Virus record (IMG/VR): IMGVR_UViG_3300037297_000228
Direction: 5' to 3' (one strand)
DNA: 48,298 nucleotides
DNA from: a virus
In this document: in pieces, positions 32,090 to 40,031 of the stretch
Layout: each line of letters opens with the position of its first letter
How positions within the stretch are numbered: position 1 is the stretch's first letter
Position numbers and translations under genes: made by a program
The notes under the pieces: generated by a model
Told to the model about the DNA's origin: nothing
Database searches by the model: none
Seen by the model: the letters and a program-made list of their open reading frames with translations, nothing else

Positions 32090-34617
32090 AACATTAACCC
32101 TCCTAAATCATCTTTTTTTTGCAATATATTTTTTATAATAGTACAACGCCTGGGCTTACCACCATCGAAAAAATATACACTTCGTTGACCTTCAATAAAT
32201 CCCTTATGCCTTTTAAAAATTTTGTTGTATCCAGCCCCTCTATTTATAATTTTTGATATTATATGATGCCGGTTCGCTATCGCAATGTTTGATTCATCTA
32301 CAATCCTTATTCCGCATCGTGCTACATGCAGCTTTATATTTTGAATTTCTTTTTCCAATAATTCATTTTCATATATTTTTGTCAGGGCTTCCATGATTGT
32401 AATTTTTTGTCTTTCGTGAGAATCGAGTATTTCAATTGTTTCATCAAGCAGCCTCTCAATTAATTCTTCTGCATCATCTCGATGCTCTTCGACTGGTTGA
32501 TATGCAAAATATTTATCCAACATTTTGTCTAATTGTTCATCAGTTGGATTTTCTATTCCGTCCCAAACAATTATAAAAGCGCTTGCAAGAAGAGAATCTG
32601 CATAGCTGGAACGAAAATCTTTTTTTGTTTTTTCTCGTATAATATCTACAATTCTATCAGCAAGAGTAAAAATATTTTTTAATTTTGACCAGGTTAAAGC
32701 TCTAATTGCTCTGCAGTTTTTATCAGAAAGTAATTTTAATAATGTATCTTCAATACTTTTCCATTCATCTGAATTTTGCGGTTTTATCATATTAATTCTA
32801 AAAATTCTATTTTCGTCTGCGACATGCTCAACTGTAGGATCAATACTTGCAAATCCGAAAATTGCGTTCATTTTGTAACTTGTGAACCCGCCTTCTTTAG
32901 TACCCTTTAAAGCGTCCGGGGCATCATCCGTAAAATTTGCACGCATGAAAGAAAAAATATTATTAACCTGGACTTTCTTTTTTTCAGTATCTTTGTCGGC
33001 CTCCTCAAAAAATACCGCCCCATTGTCATATTTTAATTTTCCCCGTACGCCTGCAACGGAAGTTTCAGCAGCATCTACCCATAGAAAATTTGTTAATTTT
33101 TTTAATAATAATGATTGTACAACAGATTTTCCAGAACCGGACGGTCCGGTAAGCAAAATTGAAGGACGGTATTTCAAAACTCCCGCAAAAGGAGCAATCG
33201 CAGCCCAGCCTAAACACCGGACAGCATCGGACAATGTTTCAAAACTCATCTTAAAAACATTTTCTTTAATTTTACTTGTAATATCAGGATTTACCGGTTT
33301 ATCCTGGATACCTATATCCTGTCGTGGTAATCTTAAATAAATTTTGTTTTTTGCATATTCTCCAAAAGTTTGATATCCATCATGGTAACTGATTTTATCT
33401 CCGTCTCGCCAGGCTCCACGGCCCCGAATATCATCTACAGAGAAATCTTTTTCCTGAGCTATACGGATTATATCATCAATAGCGGTGTCCCAGCTTATTT
33501 TCCCATCTTTATTTTTATAATTTTCATACCAGTAATCACGATTAGCCAAGACCATCAGTTTATTTTTTGATAAAGAATCTAAACTATTAAAGACTAATCT
33601 ATTTGCCTCTGTTATAAACGCCGCTTTTCCATCATCTCCAATGCCCAAAATTTTAAAAGGGACAGAATTAATGGAGGAGGAGCCGATATTTTTAGCTGGT
33701 TCTGGTTGAAGGTTGGAGGGTGGTGGCTCCAAACTTGTTGAGGAAACCGTAGAGGTTATCAGCTCCTCCTCCATTAATTCCATAAATTCTTCAGGAGAAA
33801 AATTTTGCAGAATTTGTTCAATATCTGCACCTTTTTCTTTTATGCTGTCAAGAGGTTTAATAATTTTTGCGTGTGGGAGCTGTTCTTTTATTTTTTGTGC
33901 AGCTTTTATGCCGGGAGCATCATTATCAGGCAATATATATATTTTTTTATTATTTTTTATAATCGACCAATCTGCAAGATGTGCTTTCCCACATCCACCG
34001 GACCAGGAAATATTAATAAATTCTAGCAAATTTTTCTGGCCAATATCTGCACATTTTGCCCCTTCATGAATCAATATTAATTTATCATCTGATATTAAAT
34101 GTAAATTATAGATAAAAACAGGCGTATTCTGCCAGGTCAAATGACCATCATACCAGAAAGTTATTATTATTTTTCGCTCTCCTTCAGTTTCAAACCTTAC
34201 ATCCAGAGCAATCACTTCATTTTTTTTATTATAATATTTCCAACTTCCTTTTATCTCTCCCCATTTTTTATTTTTAGCAATATTTTTAATTTGATTGTTT
34301 ATTGATTCTTTGTCTTCAGGAAATGGTAAATATTTTTTTTCTATAATATTAAATGTTTTCCTTACAGATTTTAATTTATCTTTAAAATCAGTCAGGCCAT
34401 CTAAAAAACCACAAACCTCTAAAATTGACCATGATTCAGAACATACAGGACAGTATAAAACATGCCCTGTAGCATTTTTATATAAAATTGCTGACTCGTC
34501 TTCATCTATATGATTAGGATTTGGACATCTGTAAGTTTTTTTCTTTTTATTATAAGAAACATTTTTTAAATTTAGATATTCTTCAAGCCTGTTTCTTTCT
34601 GATAGATATTTATCCAT
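32086..34617 (-). CDS. Primase-helicase (zinc finger plus Toprim plus P-loop NTPase)
   Basis: N-terminal CPNPNH...CPVC zinc finger. Toprim-like IHEGAKCAD and ILPDNDAPG. Walker A LLTGPSGSGKS with a downstream FFEEAD Walker B. 843 aa. Confidence 0.8.
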   Translation of the reverse strand: MDKYLSERNRLEEYLNLKNVSYNKKKKTYRCPNPNHIDEDESAILYKNATGHVLYCPVCSESWSILEVCGFLDGLTDFKDKLKSVRKTFNIIEKKYLPFPEDKESINNQIKNIAKNKKWGEIKGSWKYYNKKNEVIALDVRFETEGERKIIITFWYDGHLTWQNTPVFIYNLHLISDDKLILIHEGAKCADIGQKNLLEFINISWSGGCGKAHLADWSIIKNNKKIYILPDNDAPGIKAAQKIKEQLPHAKIIKPLDSIKEKGADIEQILQNFSPEEFMELMEEELITSTVSSTSLEPPPSNLQPEPAKNIGSSSINSVPFKILGIGDDGKAAFITEANRLVFNSLDSLSKNKLMVLANRDYWYENYKNKDGKISWDTAIDDIIRIAQEKDFSVDDIRGRGAWRDGDKISYHDGYQTFGEYAKNKIYLRLPRQDIGIQDKPVNPDITSKIKENVFKMSFETLSDAVRCLGWAAIAPFAGVLKYRPSILLTGPSGSGKSVVQSLLLKKLTNFLWVDAAETSVAGVRGKLKYDNGAVFFEEADKDTEKKKVQVNNIFSFMRANFTDDAPDALKGTKEGGFTSYKMNAIFGFASIDPTVEHVADENRIFRINMIKPQNSDEWKSIEDTLLKLLSDKNCRAIRALTWSKLKNIFTLADRIVDIIREKTKKDFRSSYADSLLASAFIIVWDGIENPTDEQLDKMLDKYFAYQPVEEHRDDAEELIERLLDETIEILDSHERQKITIMEALTKIYENELLEKEIQNIKLHVARCGIRIVDESNIAIANRHHIISKIINRGAGYNKIFKRHKGFIEGQRSVYFFDGGKPRRCTIIKNILQKKDDLGGLMF

Positions 34618-34637
34618 TCCACCACCGATTTAAAAAA

Positions 34638-34832
34638 TTATTTTTTAATTTTTTCGACTGTATATAATCCGATTAATACAGATACAAACCCCATTTGACC
34701 AAGTGCGAATTTATAATCTATTTGTCCATATATTGCTTTGATTTGTCCAAAAGCAATAATCAGCAAAAATAATCTTATAAAAAATTTCTTACTTAGCCAT
34801 TGGAATTTTAGAATGTTTTTTATTTTATTCAT
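34638..34832 (-). CDS. Small membrane protein, 64 aa
   Basis: Two hydrophobic segments (FFIRLFLLIIAFG and MGFVSVLIGLYTV). Translationally coupled to the upstream ORF. Confidence 0.55.
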   Translation of the reverse strand: MNKIKNILKFQWLSKKFFIRLFLLIIAFGQIKAIYGQIDYKFALGQMGFVSVLIGLYTVEKIKK

Positions 34833-35086
34833 ATTATCTCCTCAAAACCATATTCAAAAGCCTTCTTATTAATAAATTTTTTAAATTTATAATCAGAATA
34901 GTTTTTTACTTTAATTATCATTTTAATTTTTTCTAAAAATAATGTTTTTTCATCTATTATATTCATTAAACAATCAATACAAATTTTTTCTTTTGGTACA
35001 TCATTTAAAATATTTTGCCAATTTGCTTTATTTTTTTTACAAATTGTACATTTATAACCTTTTATTCTGCATAAATTACCAGACAT
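34829..35086 (-). CDS. Cys-rich small protein, 85 aa
   Basis: CTICKKNK...CIDC pairs suggest zinc binding. Confidence 0.55.
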   Translation of the reverse strand: MSGNLCRIKGYKCTICKKNKANWQNILNDVPKEKICIDCLMNIIDEKTLFLEKIKMIIKVKNYSDYKFKKFINKKAFEYGFEEII

Positions 35087-35643
35087 TTCCCTTTCCCCCT
35101 ATTAATATATTTTTTAAGCCAGTCAAATCTATAAGGAATCTCTTTCCCATTATCATTTTTATAGTTACTTCTTGCATCTCCAAAAGGGTCATTAACTACA
35201 AATACATCGACATTCGGCAAATAATCTACTAACAAAATTATATGACCTCCTTTTAATCCACCAATTTTTGAAGTATGAATAATAACAGGTCCCTTGATTA
35301 CTAAACTTCGTAAATCTTCAATATCATAAAATTCATCAAAAATTATTTTTTTATTTGGCAAATAATCTTGTATAGCTGCCTGCTGCACTAATGCCCAGTA
35401 AGAAGTTTTACCTTTAATCCAGCTATATTTTTTTTTAATTTCTTCTGCAATTCCCGCCTTTCCAACCTCTGCTTCAACTTCATCTACATAATTTTTTAAC
35501 ATTGCATCGTCTGTCCCATCATAAAATTGTCCATAATAAGATAGGAACATCCAGGCACAAGTTGAAAAACATTGTTTATATCCTGAAAAACCGCCATCAA
35601 AATTAAAATTATCTCTTTGGGAATTATAATCTATTTCACGCAT
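35062..35643 (-). CDS. Papain-fold cysteine peptidase (C39-like)
   Basis: YNSQRDN...GYKQCFSTCAWMFLSYYG (Cys nucleophile context), GGHIILLVDY (His) and VVNDPFGD (Asp). Confidence 0.6.
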   Translation of the reverse strand: MREIDYNSQRDNFNFDGGFSGYKQCFSTCAWMFLSYYGQFYDGTDDAMLKNYVDEVEAEVGKAGIAEEIKKKYSWIKGKTSYWALVQQAAIQDYLPNKKIIFDEFYDIEDLRSLVIKGPVIIHTSKIGGLKGGHIILLVDYLPNVDVFVVNDPFGDARSNYKNDNGKEIPYRFDWLKKYINRGKGKCLVIYAE

Positions 35644-35654
35644 TCATTACCTCC

Positions 35655-35981
35655 TTATACAACAATATTTACAAAAATTGCTGTTTTTATTTCTTCTGCT
35701 GCTTTTTTTTCTTCATAATCAATATCAACTTTTAATTCTATTTCTTCCTCAGATAAATTATCTAAATCATAATTATTATTTAGTTCGTCATAAATTTCGT
35801 CATTTATATAAATTCTTTCAGATGGCATATAATAATCACAAATTTCGCAATTCCCAATTTTGCCTAAAAACCAAGAATATGGTTCACCGCAAAATAAATC
35901 ATCTTCAACTTTACAAAGTACTTCAAGTTCTGGATTTTCTTCTATTAATTTTATTAAAGATTTTATTTTATCGTTTTTCAT
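35655..35981 (-). CDS. Highly acidic small protein, 108 aa
   Basis: Asp/Glu-rich throughout (DELNNNYDLDNLSEEEIELKVDIDYEE). Family not recognised. Confidence 0.55.
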   Translation of the reverse strand: MKNDKIKSLIKLIEENPELEVLCKVEDDLFCGEPYSWFLGKIGNCEICDYYMPSERIYINDEIYDELNNNYDLDNLSEEEIELKVDIDYEEKKAAEEIKTAIFVNIVV

Positions 35982-36711
35982 TCATTACCTCTTTTTCAAA
36001 TAATTCAACATAGTTTTTAGGATTATGATCACAATTATATTTTTTGCGCCATTTTTTTATCATGATTAAATTTTTAATTAATTTAAATTTTGATCTTTTT
36101 CCTAATTGTAATATTTTACCGGGAACTGTCATAAATGGAACTACATAAGTAACAAGATCGTTTTTATGTCTTATTTGCAATATTTTATCACCAAAAAGTC
36201 TATTTATTTCTTTTTGAGCATTTTTATCAAGACTTTTGTTTGCTCCCATAGTAATAACTTCCAAATCTTTTACTATATATAAAAACATAAAAGCTAAAAT
36301 ATTAGCAACTGAACCGCCCAGACTATGACCTCGCAAACAAATAGTATATCCTTTTTGGGTATATCTGAAAATATTTTCAATCTCTTCATCAAAAATTCTT
36401 TTTGCATGCTGATAATGTCCATAATGCAATTTTTTGTAATCATATTTAAATTTTTTCACAAACGGCCAGAATACAGGAAGAACTCTTAAATTATCCCACC
36501 AGTCTTTACCACCTCTTGATCCCTGTACATAAATATAATATTTTTTATTTTCTTCATCAACAGATGTATACCAATCAGAATTTTCCTTTTTTTTCCAGAT
36601 TCTATTCGTATGAGATATTTCATATTTTCCATAGCGACCATTGTATGTCATAGCTATGTTTTTCATTTCCTGTAGAATGTATTTTTTGTTATTTAGCATT
36701 TTTGTCCTCAT
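35968..36711 (-). CDS. Class 3 lipase / alpha-beta hydrolase
   Basis: The ICLRGHSLGGSVANILAF nucleophile elbow (GHSLGG) sits in a typical Lipase_3 context. Confidence 0.7.
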   Translation of the reverse strand: MRTKMLNNKKYILQEMKNIAMTYNGRYGKYEISHTNRIWKKKENSDWYTSVDEENKKYYIYVQGSRGGKDWWDNLRVLPVFWPFVKKFKYDYKKLHYGHYQHAKRIFDEEIENIFRYTQKGYTICLRGHSLGGSVANILAFMFLYIVKDLEVITMGANKSLDKNAQKEINRLFGDKILQIRHKNDLVTYVVPFMTVPGKILQLGKRSKFKLIKNLIMIKKWRKKYNCDHNPKNYVELFEKEVMNEKR

Positions 36712-36916
36712 TTTCTAATATTTTTCTTAATTTGTTTGCTTTCAAATATAATTTATATAAATATTCATTTACTTCTTCATCTGTCATTTTTTTAAAAATT
36801 ATTTTTTTTCTTATACAAAGGTCTATATATTCATCACACTTTTGTTTCCCAATAAGATAACATCCATCGCAATCACCTGGTTCGATTTCTTTAGTCTTTT
36901 TTAAAAATATTTTCAT
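36689..36916 (-). CDS. Hypothetical small protein, 75 aa
   Basis: ORF with a Cys pair (CDGC) and a helical C-terminus. Confidence 0.5.
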   Translation of the reverse strand: MKIFLKKTKEIEPGDCDGCYLIGKQKCDEYIDLCIRKKIIFKKMTDEEVNEYLYKLYLKANKLRKILENEDKNAK

Positions 36917-37009
36917 AGTATTTTCCTTTTCTTTTTAAATATTCTATTAAAAATTTTCTGAATATTTTTTATCCCTGAAATTATATATATTATTAGGTAT
37001 AGGATCATT

Positions 37010-37447
37010 TTATCCCTGCCATTTTCTCTTCCTTCCTGAATCTATATGTATACCCCAATTATAAAGACCTAAACCTCCAGGTAAAATATTTTGATCCCAG
37101 GCTTCAAGTGCCCATAAATGTAATTCTTTAATAATTATTCTATCTGCATGTCCATCCCAGGCCATGCCTGCTATGTGTTTGCTACCAAATACAACACGGC
37201 GTAAATCCTGGTCGTGATCCAAATCAAAAACTTTACCCTGTCGTTTATACGAATTTTCATAAATTGATTTATTATGATCAAGACATCTATTTACGCAATG
37301 TGTTATCATTCTTAAGCTACCGATAAGAACTCTAAAATTTTCTAAAATTTCATAAAGTTTTTCGTTTATTAATGCCTGCCCACATCCACAACGGCAAGTA
37401 ATTTCTGCAAGTGAGAAATGTTCAGAGGGTTTCATTTTTGCCTCCAT
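37010..37447 (-). CDS. Peptidase M15A-type cell-wall hydrolase (endolysin candidate)
   Basis: SEHFSLAEITCRCGCG at the N-terminus, CLDHN, and GSKHIAGMAWDGHAD (the H..G.A.D zinc ligand motif). The start may instead be ATG 37435, which overlaps the upstream stop. Confidence 0.75.
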   Translation of the reverse strand: MEAKMKPSEHFSLAEITCRCGCGQALINEKLYEILENFRVLIGSLRMITHCVNRCLDHNKSIYENSYKRQGKVFDLDHDQDLRRVVFGSKHIAGMAWDGHADRIIIKELHLWALEAWDQNILPGGLGLYNWGIHIDSGRKRKWQG

Positions 37448-37611
37448 TTTGGATCAATATATGGTATTTTTTTACCATTTTTTAATTTTATCATTCCTGC
37501 AAAACCTACAATTTTTGGATTTGGTGTAAATTTTACCTGTCCTTTATATCCTATTAATTTCCCATTTTTATCTTTAATTTCTCTTTTTTTTAATTGTTGT
37601 TTTATTGTCAT
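37432..37611 (-). CDS. Small protein, 59 aa, resembling the middle of a YopX domain
   Basis: MTIKQQLKKREIKDKNGKLIGYKGQVKF... contains KDKNGK-x-I-x-x-G. It has its own AAGGA SD. Confidence 0.4.
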   Translation of the reverse strand: MTIKQQLKKREIKDKNGKLIGYKGQVKFTPNPKIVGFAGMIKLKNGKKIPYIDPKWRQK

Positions 37612-37615
37612 GTTT

Positions 37616-37735
37616 TTATCCTTCTTTTAATCCTGTATATTGCATAATTCCAGTAAATTCAGAAAAGTTAAAAATATCTGTATAAATCATCTTTTTAGAT
37701 ATTCTATTCCATGTTCTAAATTTAAATTCTCTCAT
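37616..37735 (-). CDS. Microprotein, 39 aa, resembling a YopX N-terminus
   Basis: MREFKFRTWNRISKKMIYTDIFNFSEFTGIMQYTGLKEG. Its ATG overlaps the upstream stop (ATGA). Confidence 0.4.
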   Translation of the reverse strand: MREFKFRTWNRISKKMIYTDIFNFSEFTGIMQYTGLKEG

Positions 37736-38214
37736 GTTTTTATCCTTAAAATTTCTTCTTCGTCTTCTTTTTTGTTTTCAATTTCTTTTACTGCTGCGTT
37801 TGCTTTTTCGCCAATTCTGTCCAGTCTGCGCATACTATCTCCGACATTATTCATTATTGTATTTGATTCGTGCTGATTTTCTGCTGTAATTAATGCCAGT
37901 TCTTTTGCTCTGGAATATGTCGTATAATATAGATCCATAACCTTTTTTTTCATAATTAAAATGTCTTCAACTGTTTTTTCAAGGCGTTCAATTTCTGCAA
38001 TATAACCGTATTCCTGAATTTCATATTGAATTTTCTGAGCATCTAAATTTTCCTTTTCCTGTCTATCCCGAAGTTTATTATTATATGCGACAGCATTATC
38101 TATTCTATTTTTAATTTCATCTTTTATTTTCGTTTTATGAATAAATTGGTCTGTGTGATGTTTCATTATATAATTATCAATTTTTCCATAAAACCATTTG
38201 CGGATTGAAAACAT
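37732..38214 (-). CDS. Coiled-coil protein, 160 aa
   Basis: ATG 38214 is preceded by AGGAGGGACGGGA. The longer ORF-track version (start 38286) merely translates through the tRNA-like element. Confidence 0.6.
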   Translation of the reverse strand: MFSIRKWFYGKIDNYIMKHHTDQFIHKTKIKDEIKNRIDNAVAYNNKLRDRQEKENLDAQKIQYEIQEYGYIAEIERLEKTVEDILIMKKKVMDLYYTTYSRAKELALITAENQHESNTIMNNVGDSMRRLDRIGEKANAAVKEIENKKEDEEEILRIKT

Positions 38215-38225
38215 TCCCGTCCCTC

Positions 38226-38293
38226 CTGCGCTTGCCGGACTCGAACCGGCATAAATTATTTTTATAATTCGTCCTCCCTGGGACAATAGCGCA
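38226..38293 (-). ncRNA. tRNA-like element 2 (68 nt) with a non-canonical anticodon arm
   Basis: The minus strand reads TGCGCTA-TT-GTCC-CAGGGA-GGAC-G-AATTAT-AAAA-ATAATT-TAT-GCCGG-TTCGAGT-CCGGC-AAGCGCA-G. Acceptor stem (6 bp plus A.A), D arm and T arm are canonical. The anticodon position is a palindromic AT hairpin with a 4-6-nt loop. Confidence 0.45.
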
Positions 38294-38306
38294 ATATAAT
38301 TTTATA

Positions 38307-39119
38307 TTATAATAAATCATCCGGTTCTTTTTTAGCAACAACCTTTTCGTCTGCAGCTTCAATTTTTTTTATTGCTGTTTCGGGAGTTCCATAGCTTTTA
38401 AAATCTGTTTCATAAAAATCATCTGCACCAACGGCATTGTCAATTTCTGGAGAAATACTTATATTGCGTAGCAACGCTTTCATTACAGTTTTCAGTCCCA
38501 TACCATTAAATGATTTTGACCAGGGGGAATTTTCCGGATTATATTTAAAAGTTGCTGAATAACTATCACGCATTTCATTAATTTCTTCTACTGTCATCCA
38601 TTTTACATGTGTTGCACCAGATTTTAATTTTAATGCTGCAAAAAATCCTATAACTTCACCCCTATCTTTCATAGCAGGAATAAAATTATAGTCGTCTCCT
38701 TGCATGGATTTTTTTAGCTCAAATTTATCATTTTGTCTTACCAAATCAGAACTTAAAAATTCAACTTTGCCGGATTCCAGAGCAAGATCAACCATTCCAT
38801 TTTTCATAATTTGATATGAAACTTTAAAATTTCCATCTTTTCCCTTAAATCCAATTAATGCGCTTTTCCCTTCTGCCGGATTCAGAGATAATCCTGTTGT
38901 TGCTGCATATCGAAGAGCATTATAAACTGATAATTTCCCTTGCTCAGTTTTAAGAACTTCGACAAGTTCAGGTTTTTCGACAATTGCAATCATTGCAGAT
39001 TTCAAAAACGCAGTTTCATCGTATTTTCTAATTGCATACTCTTTTAATGATTTCCCGAAATGCTGTAAGAATTGTCCTGTCAATGATTCTTTTGTTGCTG
39101 GTAAATTTTTATCTGTCAT
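38307..39119 (-). CDS. recT: RecT-family single-strand annealing protein
   Basis: GLSLNPAEGKSALIGFKG...YQIMKNGMVDLALESGKV...VRQNDKFE fits the RecT core pattern. It is paired with a YqaJ-type exonuclease about 0.9 kb upstream. Confidence 0.75.
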   Translation of the reverse strand: MTDKNLPATKESLTGQFLQHFGKSLKEYAIRKYDETAFLKSAMIAIVEKPELVEVLKTEQGKLSVYNALRYAATTGLSLNPAEGKSALIGFKGKDGNFKVSYQIMKNGMVDLALESGKVEFLSSDLVRQNDKFELKKSMQGDDYNFIPAMKDRGEVIGFFAALKLKSGATHVKWMTVEEINEMRDSYSATFKYNPENSPWSKSFNGMGLKTVMKALLRNISISPEIDNAVGADDFYETDFKSYGTPETAIKKIEAADEKVVAKKEPDDLL

Positions 39120-39295
39120 AGTATTACTCCTTTTTTTGTGATATGAATAGTTAATACAAATTTATAAATTTTTAAATTTATGAGGCATAAAGGCGCTGGG
39201 AATTTTCCTTCAAAAATTTCGATATGAAATAATGCAGGTGTTTCGCCTCTATAATATCCGGCCTCGATTAATAAGTTTTTAATTTTAATATTCAT
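39116..39295 (-). CDS. Microprotein, 59 aa
   Basis: MNIKIKNLLIEAGYYRGETPALFHIEIFEGKFPAPL... Its stop overlaps the recT ATG (ATGA). The internal ATG is preferred over the ORF-track start at 39424. Confidence 0.45.
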   Translation of the reverse strand: MNIKIKNLLIEAGYYRGETPALFHIEIFEGKFPAPLCLINLKIYKFVLTIHITKKGVIL

Positions 39296-39461
39296 TTCTT
39301 TTTCTCTCCTTTTCTTTAAATATATGAATACATTCTTCTGAACCCCAAACATCCTGACAACTTTTATATCCAATAGCTCCGCACATAGGAAATGTAAGTA
39401 AAAATCTATAATATTTACATTCACAACATTTCGGAATTTTTTCTTTATTTTTTTTAATCAT
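39285..39461 (-). CDS. Cys-rich microprotein, 58 aa
   Basis: MIKKNKEKIPKCCECKYYRFLLTFPMCGAIGYKSCQDVWGSEECIHIF... Coupled to the upstream ORF by ATGA. Confidence 0.45.
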   Translation of the reverse strand: MIKKNKEKIPKCCECKYYRFLLTFPMCGAIGYKSCQDVWGSEECIHIFKEKERKRNEY

Positions 39462-39634
39462 TTAATTACCTCCTGGAAATCATTCCCAAAAATATATTTA
39501 ATATTAAAACATTTTCCAAACCACATATTAAAAAATACTGTATTACCTTTTATTTCCCCATTAGAAAGATAGCTATATTTTGATTTATATCGCAATGGCA
39601 ATAATTGTTTTAAAGCCCATATTATTTTTTTCAT
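39458..39634 (-). CDS. Microprotein, 58 aa
   Basis: AAGGAGGGTGG SD followed by ATG 39634. Sequence MKKIIWALKQLLPLRYKSKYSYLSNGEIKGNTVFFNMWFGKCF... Confidence 0.45.
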   Translation of the reverse strand: MKKIIWALKQLLPLRYKSKYSYLSNGEIKGNTVFFNMWFGKCFNIKYIFGNDFQEVIK

Positions 39635-39649
39635 TTCTTACCACCCTCC

Positions 39650-39841
39650 TTAAAATGGAATATCTTCTGAATTATTTTTCTTTGCAGGACTCCAGACGAT
39701 GTTATAATCCGGCTAATTATCCTGCTGTTTCTCTTCATTTTTAAAAATTGCAAAATTTAATTTTATTCCTGGAAACTCAATTGTTCCTGAATAATATTTT
39801 TTGCCGTCTTTTTCTTTCAACCACAAAGCACCTATTTTCAT
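39650..39841 (-). CDS. DUF736-like small protein interrupted by an in-frame TAG (42 aa + TAG + 20 aa)
   Basis: MKIGALWLKEKDGKKYYSGTIEFPGIKLNFAIFKNEEKQQDN-TAG-PDYNIVWSPAKKNNSEDIPF-TAA. The TAG is at 39715..39713. The conserved-looking PDY.I motif lies after the stop. Confidence 0.45.
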
Positions 39842-39842
39842 T

Positions 39843-39998
39843 TTACCTCCTTTTACTGATAGTTAATAACATTAAACTACACATCCATCCCCATACCCCC
39901 CAATAGAACAGATTTATTTCAAATGGAATAATTTGTAATTTTGAAAAAATACCAAGAGCTATATTTATTAAAATTAATATTATTGCTATTGCTTTCAT
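39843..39998 (-). CDS. Small membrane protein, 51 aa
   Basis: MKAIAIILILINIALGIFSKLQIIPFEINLFYWGVWGWMCSLMLLTISKRR, with two hydrophobic segments. Confidence 0.45.
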   Translation of the reverse strand: MKAIAIILILINIALGIFSKLQIIPFEINLFYWGVWGWMCSLMLLTISKRR

Positions 39999-40031
39999 TT
40001 TATACCTTCTTTTTATTTTTTATATATAATG

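Noticed and set aside
32882-34513. Plus-strand ORFs (66-152 aa) inside the primase-helicase gene
   Set aside because: They are antisense shadow ORFs of an 843-aa gene that has Toprim and Walker motifs.
38226-38293. tRNA-like elements as attP cores of an integrating phage
   Set aside because: I found no integrase or excisionase in the genome, and both elements contain the 5' as well as the 3' halves of the tRNA shape. This remains a minor alternative, testable by matching to host tRNAs.
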